A stretch of DNA of 44,187 nucleotides, the filler included, from Jimgerdemannia flammicorona (taxonomy: Eukaryota): NCBI GenBank assembly GCA_003990765.1. It is 2 parts of 2 records of this genome, joined end to end, with 100 filler letters (N's around TTAATTAATTAA, not from the genome) between each part and the next. Parts side by side here need not be neighbours in the genome. Positions count along the whole stretch, not along the records: positions 1 to 22,049 come from RBNJ01001344.1; 1 more part is not named here. One strand, written 5' to 3'. A program made the position numbers and the translations under genes. Below the pieces are notes generated by a model, which was not told where the DNA came from, made no database searches, and worked only from the letters and a program-made list of their open reading frames with translations. Positions 1-12,219 of the stretch are shown in pieces (positions within the stretch are counted from its first letter, which is position 1; each line of letters begins with the position of its first letter).

Positions 1-1960
1 GCATCACGAGATATTGAGGGTATAATGATAGCATTAACAGGCTTATACTCCTTTTCCCAGATACATTCCATCTGATTCTTCCATTCATCAATTAAGGATT
101 TTTTCCATTGCTCATGATGGAAATAATGCATGTTGATACGTAGATCTAAGGCCGAAGCTATGCTATATAATGGTGTCGTCTTGCAGTAATACTTTAGAAG
201 TTTCATATGTACATTCTCAGCAGCGGTAAGCATTATCTATAAAAAATAAAAATATATACATATTACTTCCCAATTACTTACTAAATTAGTTCCTAAATTC
301 ACAAATAAAATTACTTTCAAAATCATATATATACCTGATTAAAATGTTCACCAGTTTGATATGTATCAATAACATCTTTGAGGTGATTACATAGCTGATT
401 AAATAGTGGAATAACAGCTGCTATTGTAGGATACTTCGAAGCTAACATCACAGTTGTCACTTTGGCAAAAGGCTGGAGAAATCGGCAAATCAATTCAAAT
501 TGTTACCATGTATCTTCAGATATATTGCTCATTTGCTTATCCATAGCACACAATATATCCAAGCCCTATTTGGATGTAATATCAATTTATTTAGTACCAA
601 AATACTTCCAAATTGTATTCCAAAATCTATACAAATAGATTCAAAATCTTACCTTATGAATCTCTAGAGCATGCACTAACATTTCATGTGTAGAACTCCA
701 TCTTGTCATAACATCTAAGAGAGGCTTCAAAATGGGAATTCTGGAGGATTCACAGACCTTTGCCAGTTGTACTTGTCATTGTACTGAATTTTTGATCTTC
801 TTTATCAACTCCTGTAGCTTTCCAATAGGCTCGCTAAGAGAACCAAGAGCATCATGAACGACGAGATTCAACATATGCCCGAAACAGCATACATGAGCGA
901 GCGGATGATAGAGATTCTCAAACAGAGTATCATTATTACTGGCATTGTTACATACAACAGCAATGATTTAATTGTCACTAGGCAATAAATCATCTATTAC
1001 CAGCTCCAGACTTTTCGCAAGATTGGTACCTATGTGTGTTATTTCGCTAATATTCACAAAGTCTAAGATAATGTCATACATCTTCCAATTACTGTCAATC
1101 CAATGAGCTGTTATTCCAAGGAAAGCCTTGATGTTAACGTCCAATGTCCAACAATCAAGTGTAAGTGACACCTTTGACTTGAGCCCTGCTAGCCTTACTT
1201 TCACTTGAGTCTGCAATAGTTCGAATTTCTTTCAAATAACTCACGAAATTATATCAGCTGATGGAAGGGCCAGATCAGAGTGTAATATGTGAAGGAGATA
1301 CTTGAAGCCAGCATTTTTGATAGTGGAGAATGACTGATATCCAGTGATAATGAAGTTGGCAATTAACTGATGGAAATTTTCATTACTTAAAGTCTTGCTA
1401 GTGTGTTCCTATTTGTAATAATAAAATTTGATCAATTATTTTTCTAATAACCTCCTAAGTACTTCCCGAATTCCATTCTATCCATACTCACAATATCATC
1501 TTTCTTAGACCAGCAAGGATTCTCAGCATGCTGGAGAGATAAGAGCATGGCATTGTGATGCTTCCAGAGATGTCATTTAAGATTGTTGATATTGCCATCC
1601 TTCGATATATAGCTCTAAGTCGTGCAATGGTTGCAACTGATGAGCTTACTTTGTAAATTCTATTTGAATAGAGAGATATGAGACTATATTAGAACCTCAA
1701 CCGCTTACAATCAACCACCCACCCTTACGACTGAGACCAATCACTCCTATGAATTCAACTATTAGCACAATGTATAAAACTACCTTTGTGGCATGATTCC
1801 ACACCCAGCTATCACCAGGTTTTGTTTTTATTTTTATTCTCGTACTCGTTGGTAATAATGAACTGGTGGAGATATCTGATATATCCTCCTATATATCCTC
1901 TGATATATCATCCGATGGTTCCGAGATTTCTCCTAAATGTACTTCTTGATCTTTAGACAT
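1..1960 (-). pseudogene. hAT (Ac/Tam3-like) transposase with BED zinc finger, spliced, multiple stops, 3' end outside window
   Basis: Manual translation: DSWVWNHATK|NLQSKLISCNHC...HLWKHH (BED), SLTLDCWT...FLGITAHWID, CFGHMLNLVV (CxxH), LDVMTRWSSTHEML, FLQPFAKVT...YPTI, KLLKYY. Putative GT-AG introns at about 237-335, 566-652, 1408-1490 and 1660-1783. Confidence 0.9.
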
Positions 1961-2299
1961 TTCGAATGTTTGATGATGGCAGGGACTGGGAGCTTGAGTG
2001 GGAGGCCAAGAGCTGGAAAGTGGCTAGGAAGTGGCAAGCTAGGGAGTGGCGAACTGGGAAACGAGCTGGGGGGGCAGTAAACTAGGGGGCAGGGAGTTGT
2101 GGGGAGGTGGCGAGCAGCAGGAAAAGCCAGGAACTATGGGGGACAGTGAGAGGGAGAGCAGCGAGGTGGCATGCGATAGCCAATGATCAATTGTGGACAG
2201 AGGATAGATGAATAAATATACACGGGTGGTGAACTGGTACCCATCATGCAACTGCAAACAGCAAACAGCAAACATACTTTAGAGATTCAGCATGTTCTG

Positions 2300-2645
2300 C
2301 ATTGAGCAAGGTTTGCAATGACATTTGAGCGAGGTTTGTGATGCATTTGAGCGAGATTTGCAGTGAGGTTTGAGCAAGATTTGTAAGCGAGATTTGCAAG
2401 CGAGATTTGCACATAAGATTAAAGCAAGATTTGCATAAGCCAGGCTTTGCAAGCCTTGCACTTGCAAGCCTGGACAAGCTCAGTCACAAGCTGATATAAC
2501 GTGTATATAAGCTGATATCACGTGATATCAGCTATTGGCTGAGCTTGCAAGTGCAAGGCTTGCAAATCTCACTCGAATCTCGCTGCAAATCTCACTCAAA
2601 TGCACCACAAACCTCGCTCAAATGTCGTTGCAAACCTTGCTCAAT
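2300..2645. repeat. Inverted repeat (hairpin 1), arms ~2300-2469 and 2542-2645
   Basis: ATTGAGCAAGGTTTGCAA...GCAAGCCTTGCACTTGCAAGC mirrored by GCTTGCAAGTGCAAGGCTTGC...TTGCAAACCTTGCTCAAT; the loop holds the perfect palindrome AGCTGATATCACGTGATATCAGCT (2510-2533). Confidence 0.9.
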
Positions 2646-2679
2646 TGGGGCTTACACAGAACCCGCTGAATCATGTAGA

Positions 2680-2912
2680 GAGGAGTGGAATACAGTGAGA
2701 AAAGCTCCAGATTGCAAGTGTAAGCGTAAGCATAAGCATAAGCATAAGCGTAAGCATAAGCATAAGCTTTGCTCTGCTCAGTCTGACAAGCTGATAATAA
2801 GCTGATATCACATGATATCAGCTATCAGCTAAGCAGAGCAAAGCTTGTGCTTGCACTTATGCTTACGCTTATGCTTGCAATCTGGAGCTTTCCTCACTGC
2901 AATCCACTCCTC
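2680..2912. repeat. Inverted repeat (hairpin 2), arms ~2680-2778 and 2832-2912
   Basis: GAGGAGTGGA...GCTCCAGATTGCAAG..(TAAGCA)n..TTTGCTCTGCT mirrored downstream; the loop holds AGCTGATATCACATGATATCAGCT (2800-2823). Confidence 0.9.
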
Positions 2913-3021
2913 TTGCATTCCACTCCTCTTACATTTCACTCCTTTTGCACAACCCTCATATATTCCTCCACCTCCCTCACCCTCATTCCTCAGATTGCAA
3001 ACAACATGCAATTTAGAAATA

Positions 3022-3128
3022 GGTTTCGAAAGAGATTTCGAAGAGATTCCGAAAGAGATTTCGAAGAGATTCAGAAAGAGCTTCTGAAAGAGATTCCGGA
3101 GAGATTCTGAAAGAGCTTCTGAAAGATA
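3022..3128 (+). repeat. Short 11-13-bp tandem repeat (GAAAGAGATTTC-like)
   Basis: About 8 imperfect copies visible. Confidence 0.8.
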
Positions 3129-3256
3129 TTATAGCTTTTGAACATTTAAGATATTGAAAGCTTACTTTTGCCTCTTGTTCTTTTCGCCTCGTCCTTTGCT
3201 TCACCTCGTTCTTCGCTTCACCTCGTCCTTTGCTTTGCCTCACTTAATTTACTGCT

Positions 3257-4547
3257 ATGTTGAGAAAACGTGGATATGACTGCCCGGCCAATAAGTATTT
3301 ACTTGGCCCCCCCCAAGCTCGATGCACTTCAGCTTGCCATCCCAAAGCTCAGCACCCTAAAGATGTCCAGCTTGCCGACACCCAGCCTGCTGAGCTTGCC
3401 GACACCCAGCCTGCCGAGCTTACCAACACCCAGGTTGCCAAGCTCGCTGACTCCCAGCTTGCTGACCCTCAGCTCCCCGATCTCCAGCTTAACTGCCAGC
3501 TTGCCACCAGTCTGCAAGCACAAGGTCCCCCACTAGATCCCAATAATGCAGCTCGAAAAAGTTAGTTTTTTTTTTTTTTTTCTTTTTAAATCAATGTTCA
3601 AATTTTTTTCCTAATAACATTTGAAATATATATATCCTCCAGCTTCTAAGTCTGGGCCAGAGTGCAAATCTTGCTACAATTGCCATTTTTGCCATCAAGT
3701 TTGCCTAAACACTATCTGGAAGCATTGCCAAATCAATTTCCCAGGTGCCCCAAATCTCATAGAGAAAAGGCCTTACAAATCGGACATTAGGCATGCTTTC
3801 GCTGCAGCCAACAAACACATTAAGAAAGTACATAATGACCAACTGAGGCAAGAAGTCATAAGAGTGATAGAAAACCATGCAAAAATCATAGAACGTTCGT
3901 CATACCATACTGACTTCAAGGTGAATACCAAAGCATGGAACAAGCGAGGTTGTCCGGATGGAATTGTCATCATGGATGAACACAAAAAACTGCTGGCCAT
4001 ATTTGAACGAGTACTGGTGAAGAATGACAAAATGCTTTATACGTGACTGATAGATGGCAGGCTTGTGCATTTTGTTGAGGGGAGTGGTGGTGGAGGAGAT
4101 GGAGAGGTGGGAGAGGTCAGTGCTGGTGGAGGAGTCGGCGCTGGTGGAGAGGTCAGTGGAGAGGTCAGCGCAGGGGTGGTTGGTGCAGGGGAGGTCAGCA
4201 TGGGGGAGGTCAGCATGGGAGAGATCGGCATAGGAGAGGTCGATGCAGAGGAGGTCAGCACGGAGGAACATAGAGAGGTCGGTATGGGGGAGGTTGGCAC
4301 GGAGGAACATGGGGAGGTTGGCGTGGGGGAGGTCGGTGCAGAGGAACATGGGGAGGTCGGCGCAGAGGACAAAATGGAGGTTGGCATGGAGGAGGTCAGC
4401 CCAGAGGAGGATATGGAGGAGGAGGATATAGAGGAAAGTGGTTCGGAATATATGGAGGAAGATGGTTTGGAATATGAGAAGGAGGAGGATCAGTTGGTTT
4501 ATAGCAATGAAGAGGAGGATCAGTTGGTTTATAGTGATGAAGAGTAA
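3257..4547 (+). pseudogene. Spliced passenger gene of unknown function inside the hAT element (basic middle region, Gly/Glu-rich repeats, acidic tail)
   Basis: Exon 3257-3560; intron GTTAGT...CCAG 3561-3642 with CTAAT branch site splices in frame (..ARK-T-SKSGPE..); a single TGA at 4044-4046 is followed by an in-frame continuation to 4547; a further GTAAGT...TTAG intron follows at about 4563-4668. Confidence 0.6.
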
Positions 4548-4789
4548 GATCTATTCACACCAGTAAGTTCTTTATTTTCCTGATTTACTTCCTATTTTTT
4601 TCCGATTTCATTTTGATTTCTGATTCCTAATTATGTTTCTGTTTGTTTATTCTAAATATATATCTTAGATGTGCAATATATTTTTTTTGGTGCCTTGTAG
4701 CTTAAAGACAGATTAAAGATGGGTCTGTGTTAGGTTAAATACGGGTCAGGGTTGGGTCACATATATTTCTTGGGTCGGGTCATGTATAT

Positions 4790-5040
4790 TTCTTGAGTTG
4801 GGTTAAAGATGGGTTACATATAATTCCAGGTCGGGTTAAAGATGGGTGATATACATTTCCAGGTCGGGTTAAAGATGGGTGATGTATAATTCCAGGTTGG
4901 GTTAAAGACAGGTGACGTATTATTCCAGGTTGGGTTAAAGATGGGTGATGTATTATTCTGGGTCAGGTTAAAGACAGGTGATGTATAATTCCGGGTCGGG
5001 TTAAAGATGGGTGACATATAATTCTGGGTCGGGTTAAATA
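4790..5040. repeat. 33-bp tandem repeat (CCAGGTCGGGTTAAAGATGGGTGATGTATAATT), ~7-8 copies, hAT subterminal repeats
   Basis: Head-to-tail units ending about 30 bp from the TAGTG-type terminus. Confidence 0.85.
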
Positions 5041-5073
5041 TGTATATGGGTTGGCTCAGGTTGTGATGCACTA

Positions 5074-6687
5074 CTGGCAGCCTCATCCCACTCCTCCTCA
5101 GGGACATCCACCAGCTCATCCTTACCAGCCGCCACCACCTGGCCCCCTTTCTCTATATCAGGGATCCCAAAACACACTTGCTGGGCCCCCTTCATCAGCA
5201 CATCCTCTGATGTCCTTCTCTTTGCAGCCGGGCCCCTCCTGATTAGAGGGGGGGGGGTGGAGTCCAATTCTGGCTCCCAGACCTCGAAGGTGCCATTGGC
5301 AAAAGGGTCCTTGCTCAGCACCTTCCCATCTCCTTCCTTGCCTACCTCCACCTCCCCTACCCCTTTACCAGCCCAGACACTGGCCTTGACACCCCCAGAC
5401 ACCTCAGCCCCAACTGCCTTCTTTGCCACCTTAACTGTCATACTTGCCAGTAGCTCCCTCTGCCTCCTGCACCCCTGTGCCCACTCCCACTGTCCCTTGT
5501 CCATGTGGATTCGCTTCCCCTCCACAACCTCCAGATGCGTCGACTCCTCATACATCCTCTAGGCCCTCGCTCTCCTCTCCACAGCTCCACTCATCTCCTC
5601 TAGCACCTCCAACAAGTCCTCCTCCTCCTTCTCACTCCTCTTCACCCTCAACACCTTACAGATGAATGCCCCCTACATCAGCACAGAAGGCCAGTCACTT
5701 GTCTTCTCTGTGGCCTCCTTTCCTGCCAGCTGAATCCTGATATCAATGTCGCCCATCCTGATCATCGTCCCCTCCTACACCTGAAAGCCGATGTCCACCA
5801 CATCACCATACTCAATCATCACCTCCTCCACCCTCTTCCTAGTCTCCTCCTTGGTCACCATGGGCACCTCCTTCACCAGAAGCTGCACCACCCTGGGGTC
5901 CCATTGCAAGCACCACACCATGGGGACCACCACTTCCCCAACCACAACTCCAGTCTTCAGTACCTCATCCAGCAGACTGGCCTCCTCAAATCCCACCTCG
6001 ACTCCCTCCAGACCCTTCAAGAACTTCACCAAGGCTGCCCCAGCCACCTGCTTCGAGATGAGCCCCAGAACCATCCTTGCTATCACAGCCAAGCCCCAGA
6101 AGCACAAGGTTACCGCAAACTCCGAGATTGACTTCTTGAGCAATAGAGTCACTGCCAGCTCCATTACACCATCCACCAGGTCCCCTTTCCACATCGGGAA
6201 CCCCTGCCCCCCCTGGTCATCAGCCATCACATCTTCTTTTTTTTCCTGATTCCCTGTCATACTCCTATCAATAGTCACACCCCCAGCTGCAGCACCTCCA
6301 GCCCCTACACCTGTACTCCCAGCCAGAGCACTGCCCCCCCTCTCAAGGCTCACCTTGCCTTTCCCCTCAGCAGCACCAGCCCTATTACCAGCCAGCCATC
6401 CACTCTCCTTAACCTTGTCTGTGAAGCTCGGGAGACCAGATCTTCCCCCCTTGCCACCAGACACTGGTCCCCCTCCAGAGCCTTCTCCATTCTTCAGTCC
6501 TCTGAAAGCCCCCATCTCCAGGCCATAACCCCTTCCCACCTACTGCCAGTCAAAGGCCCTAGATCCACCCGACCTAGTATGCACACCTGTATGGTCATTG
6601 CTCTCCATGTTGCTAGTCACCTTTCACCAAAAACATTGTCAAAAGTATTGTCTGAGTCTTGTGTCACCTGAATGTTACTGGTGAAAG
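5074..6687 (-). mobile_element. LINE copy: 5' UTR and 5' part of ORF1, interrupted by the hAT insertion
   Basis: LLLKKSISEFAVTLCF, IEYGDVVDIGFQV and DELVDVPEEEWDE match ORF1 of the LINE at 12141; same CTTTCACCAGTAACATT 5' end. Confidence 0.9.
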
Positions 6688-6699
6688 CTGCCTTCCAGA

Positions 6700-7142
6700 A
6701 GTTGGATGAACACTTCTCTAATAAATATCTATTCATATATTACTTCTAGTATTAGCCAATAGCAATATTATAAATAGTGAATAAATCTATTAAATAATCC
6801 ATAAACTACTCTTAACTAAATCTATACTATATTAAGTTCCACTCTTAACTAGATTTAGAAATTTCCTAATTGGGTATTATCTGTAGCAATATACTGATTC
6901 AACTAAGCAGATCTTAGTTTCTTGAACTTTTTGAAATAAGGAAAATTCTGAATATCCAGAACAAGTCTAAGAAAGGACTTTAGTTAAGATATCAACTCAA
7001 TCTTAAAATCAATAAGTATAGATAATATACTCAATATGAAATTAATCTTGATCTAAAGAAAATAGTCTTCTAGAATATTCTAAACTTCTAAAAAATCCTT
7101 TCAGAACTATGCAATAGTATTCTAACAAAGTACTCTTTTATA
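6700..7142 (+). mobile_element. Degraded LTR fragment (R/U5) of the Gypsy family at 33429-44054
   Basis: GAAATTTCCTAATTGGGTATT...AACTAAGC...CTTAGTTTC...GAAAGGACTTT match the reverse complement of 33429-33860, with many C>T/G>A changes. Confidence 0.8.
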
Positions 7143-8441
7143 AACCCCATCTTCTCTCAGATCTATCAACTATCTACTTATCTTCTGACCCCTACAATAC
7201 TTATCTTTATCAACTTATCTCAGAACTCCTCAGATATATCCTATAGCTTGAGCTTCAGATCTATATTCAGAATCTTATATATAACTAGAGTCTCAGTCTT
7301 CATCTGATCTCCCTCAACCATAGCACTCTCTCTTTGGACCACTCCTTTTACTAGACTATTACTCCTTATCCTTGCTCTCTCTATAGCTCAGATACTGGCT
7401 ATTATCTCTATTCCTTCAGTATCCAGATAATCTTCAGTCTCTCATTTAAGCCTGCCAGGAGATCCTTCTATCTCTGTCTCTTCTTCAGTTATATCCTTTT
7501 GTAATTAATAATCTCCATAACTGTCCTAGTCTCATACTTCTTCCAGACCACTCTATACTACTTTACTACCTCCACAAGATCCTTCAGAGACTCTAGTAAG
7601 TCTTTCTTCTCCTCTGAAGTCTGCTTTACTCTTAATATCTTATACTTAATAGAGGTCTACTTTAATACTACTAGTCAGTCTCTTGCCTTCTCTATATTCT
7701 CTTTCTTAGCTAGCTATATCTTAATATCCACATTATTTATTCTAAACTCTATTCCTTCTTATACTCAAAAGCTAATATCTATTATATATATACTCATATT
7801 ATTTCATCATATTCACAATTAGCTTTCTTATCTCCTCTCTCCTCACTATGGGAATATTTACCACCACTAGCTAGAGCTTTATCTCAAATATCTTACTATT
7901 GAGACTACTACTTCTCCAAATACTACTCTCTTCTCCAGTACCTCCAGCATGAGCCCCCTGTCCTCAAATTATACTTCAATCTCTTCCAATTCTTATAGCA
8001 ATATTACTGAGGCAGCCCTCTTCATCTATTGGATCAGTAGTCTCAAAACTAACTTTGCCATGACTACTAAGTCTCTGAAGTACAAGCTGACTACAAATTC
8101 TGATACTGATTTCTTGAGTAATAGTACTACTAGTAGGTCTGTTATACTATCTACCAAATTACTAGGTTTTGTACTATTTACAAACTCAGCTCTCTCATTA
8201 GCTATCATATTACTATTAGTAGTCTCTCTCTTCTCTCTAGCTACTACTCTATCAGCTCTATTACTCTAGTCCCCCAGAGTAGCTCTATCAGATTCTTTAT
8301 AACAGATGTCTTTCTCTTCTCTCTCCTCAGCCATATATTCAGCTCAACAGATATATCCCTAGCCTTAATCTTATCAGTAAAGCTCATTCTTCTTATTTCC
8401 AGCCCCCCTCCTCCTGATATTCTATTACTTCTGATCCTACT
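7143..8441 (-). mobile_element. Highly degraded LINE ORF1 remnant
   Basis: LVDSITDLLVVLLLKKSVSEFVVSLYFRDLVVMAKLVLRLL (8026-8208) is homologous to ORF1 of the other LINE copies. Confidence 0.8.
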
Positions 8442-9113
8442 TATAATAAAATAAGATGCAATGAATGAGTAAATAGATGAGAAGTAATATATGATAAGTG
8501 ATTATGTGACTCAGTAATGATATCACTATCAATCAAGTATAATATATGATATATAAACAATGAATGTAATGAATGATATGAATGATGTAAAAAATGATAT
8601 CCAGCTTATCTCCAGCAATCAGCACCAGTAATCAGTACTACAGTAACTCAGATCATTGCTTAATAATTATGGTCCTAATTACAAAGTATTTTTGATTACA
8701 AACTATCTAACAAAGGTCAAGATCACAAATCTCACCATAGTTACCAAATTAGTCACTTATATTTAGTCAGAAATCATAGATCAAATTGTATAAATACTCC
8801 TCAGTTTCCATCAGTCTTTAATATAAGAATTAAGTTCTCCTTTATATATATATGTACATTCTTCTGAGTCTTAATAATAATACCTAAGTGACTCTAGTGT
8901 TTCTGACTAAACTCCAGAAGCCTAGCTAACTTCTGTCAGAACTGAGACAAGTATATAAATCATAAAGACTTAAGTAAATCTATTGAATCTGAATTCTAAG
9001 ATGAATTCAGTCTGTGCATAGCAAAGAATAAGTTTCTTACAACTATAGTTGATAAGAAGGACACTACTACTATAATTACTTTCAAGTGAGTACTTCCTCA
9101 AACTGAAGGCTTC
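8442..9113 (+). repeat. 5' LTR of the old Gypsy (3'-truncated)
   Basis: Colinear with 20249-20851 up to CTCAAACTGAAG(G/A)CTTC; TATAAATA near 8789. Confidence 0.85.
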
Positions 9114-9363
9114 ATTGCTGAGTAAAGTAGTCTAGCTAAAGAATTCAACATTGGGCTAAGAGGAGGAGTAGTTGACTAAGGATTTACTGGTGAAATTTAT
9201 GTCATCTTGTAAAATTTTGGAGACATCTCATTTGAAGTCAAAGCAGACCAAAGAATTGTCTAGACAATCATTGAAATAATTCATCAAAATCTCACTATTG
9301 AAGAAGTCTCTGAGCTCTCTCAGACAGATCATAACAAATAAGAGTTTATATCAATCAATAAAT
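9105..9363 (+). pseudogene. dut: dUTPase remnant (motifs 2-5) in the old Gypsy
   Basis: EGFIAE*SSLAKEFNIGLRGGVVD*GFTGEIYVIL*N...DQRIV*...EEVSELSQTD. Confidence 0.8.
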
Positions 9364-12219
9364 CCTCTAGTCAAAAGGTTACTACTATAAAGGAAGATGA
9401 TGAAAACTTATATAAGAGAATTGTAGATAGTTATATACTATGTGGACAATGCTCTCATTCTATCCAAATATACTACATAGAATATATTGGTGAATGTCAT
9501 ACATACCTCTCCAAAGTTTTCAAAATCAATTCTGAAAGATACCAAGCCCATCAGACTAAAGAACTCAAACAAGACCACTCTCCTTATAAAGAATGGAAAG
9601 AGACTGACTTTGAGGAGACTAACTGTAATTAGGACAATAACAAGAATGAGAAACTCAATACTATTAAGAAAGAAGTCATTTGCATTAAGTTTACAGACCA
9701 AGTTTACAGACAGAATGTCAATATCTTACTGGACAGTAGTGTTACTGGAAACTATATCAGTACTAAGACTGTTAAGAGGATTAGTACTCAAAGTAGACTA
9801 GCTACTAAGAAAAGAAGTGTTATCTTTGATGATAGCAAGTCTGTATCTTTGATTAAGATCTGCAAAGACTTATTGCTCAGGATTGGCAAATATCAAGAGA
9901 AGTTGAACTTCAGTATTATAAACCTCTCAGAACAAGATATTATTCTAAGAAAAGCCTGGTTGACCAAGTATAACCCAGATATTAACTGGAGGATCAATGA
10001 GATTAACCTGACTCATAAAGGCAGAAAGATCACTCTAATACCCCAGAAAGGTACCAATTATCAAGGAATTGAAATCATCTCTACTATTCAAATGAAGAGA
10101 CTCTTCTACAAAAAAGAAAATATCTACTTTATCTGTACTGTACAAGAAGTCACTAAAGTCCTAAGTAGCCCAATTCATCAAAAGCTTAAGAATTGTTTAA
10201 GGAATTTTAAGATATATTTCAGAATTCCCAAGGACTTCCACCTAAGTGCCAAATTCAATATGGAATTGATCTCATTCCAGGGTCTGAACCTCCATACAAG
10301 AGTATCAACCAGCTAGCTCAATCTGAACTCAAGACTCTCAAGGATGAGGTGATCAAACTATTGACCCAAGGATATATTGAACTCAGCCACTCTCTATTTG
10401 GAGCCCCCATTATATTTATTAAGAAGAAGAATGGCTCTCTATGAATACACATTGACTACAGAGCTCTCAATAAGATCACCATCAAGAACTGATATATATC
10501 TAGGATTGATGAGTTATTGTACTAAATCTTCAAGGCCAAGACCTTTTCCCTACTAGACTTGTGAAATGGCTATCACCAGATTCTCATTGATAAGAAAGAC
10601 ATTGAGAAGACAGCTTTCTGAATACAATTTAGATACTACCAGTTCCAAGTTATGCCTTTTAGTCTGATCAATATATTAGTAATATTCCAGTATCTGATAA
10701 ATGATATCTTTAGACTACTGCTCAATATTTATATTCTGATGTATATTGATGGTATACTAATCTACAGCAAAACAGTAGAGCTATACTAGACCTACCTCAG
10801 ACAGATACTGATCCTTCTGTAAGAATACCAGCTCTATACTAAGATGAGCAAGTATAGGTTCTATCAAGACCAGATCAAATATCTAGAACATATTATCTCT
10901 GTTGAAGGAATCAATATGAATCTCCAAAAGGTATTAGCCCTTAAGAATATTCCCATCCCCACTACCCTCAAGCTATTTCTGTGCTTCCTGAGTATTGTAG
11001 GTTACTACTGAAGATTTATCTAAGAATACTCTGCTATTATAGCCCTATTGATCAGTTTGGCCTATAAAGGAGTGAATATTAAGACTGAATAGACTACCAA
11101 GTATACTCAGGCTATAGACTACCTCAAGAGACTCCATACTGAGGCCCCAGTACTAATTGTATCTGACTCTACTAGGCTATTTACTCTGACTACAAATATC
11201 TCTAATATTGTCATTAGAGCAGTGCTCAAGTCAGCTGAGACTTAGTATACTATCTATGAAAAGGAACTCCTGGACATTGTCACTGTACTCTAGGAATAGT
11301 AACATTTCCTTCTAGAATAACTATTTGTAGCCTATACTAATTACCATACTCTATAATATATTTATATACAGTCTATACTAACTTATAGATAAGCCTATTG
11401 GATGGAAATCATTGCCAACTTTGATATAGAAATCAAGTATATCTCAGGCAAAACCAATCATGTGGCTGATGGTTTCACCAGATATATGGAAGATGAACTT
11501 GTCTTTATAGTTGAGTAATTAGAGACCTTACTTAGATGATTAAGGATAGCTACCAACAAGACAGCTCTCTGGTAAAATTCCTTCAATTCTGCCAAGACCC
11601 AGAGGCTGAGATCCCAGAATATATGAGGCAAATATCCAAAGATTTACTTACCATAATGGACTTATTTACAGAGACTATGATAGAGTGATTATATTCAATA
11701 ATGATACTCTATAGCTTAAGATCATATAGGAACTCTATAACACTTCTGCAGCAGGATACTTTGGCTTTAAAAAGACCTACAACCTCCTCTCAAGAGAGTT
11801 CTACTAGTCAAAGATAACTAAGGATATCAAAGATTTCATAATCTTATATAAGATATACCAAAGGTTCAAAAGTAGTAACAAGCTACCTGTAGAACTTCTG
11901 CAACCCCTACCTATTACAAGTCACTACTGAGATCAGATTACAATAGACTTCATTATCCAGCTCTTCAAGACCAAGACAGAATGGGATGCCATTGTAGTAT
12001 TTGTAGACTACCTAAGTTAATAAGCCTATTTTGCACTCACTAAGACCACTGTCACAGTACTAGAGATTGCTGAGATCTTCCTCAACCAAGTATTTAGACT
12101 ATATGACATGTCTAGCACTATTGTATCTGACCAAATGAATCTTTCACCAGTAACATTTGGGTGATACAAGACTCAAACAACACTTTATACTATGTTTTTG
12201 ATGTTTAGCAACTAGCAAC

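Larger units (their letters stand above)
1..5073 (-). mobile_element. hAT-superfamily DNA transposon, partial (other end outside window)
   Basis: Transposase remnants at 1-1960; CGGGT/GGGTTAAA-rich subterminal repeats at 4700-5060; terminus ...GATGCACTA at 5073 (reverse complement TAGTGCATC, similar to the MITE TIR TAGTGCTCC); LINE ORF1 sequence resumes abruptly at 5074. Confidence 0.75.

Noticed and set aside
2244..3243. Short ORFs over the hairpins and tandem repeats
   Set aside because: Mirror-image peptides on both strands arise from the inverted repeats.
3655..3730. Cys/His-rich stretch CKSCYNCHFCHQVC as a zinc finger
   Set aside because: TGC/CAT codons are the expected products of CpG decay of Arg codons in this window; it is more likely an originally Arg-rich basic segment.
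4790..5040. 33-bp repeats as a CRISPR array or an NPTWNY-repeat protein (ORF 4814-5119)
   Set aside because: Head-to-tail units without unique spacers, no cas genes, eukaryotic context; the position beside a TIR fits subterminal repeats, and the ORF follows from the 33-bp period.
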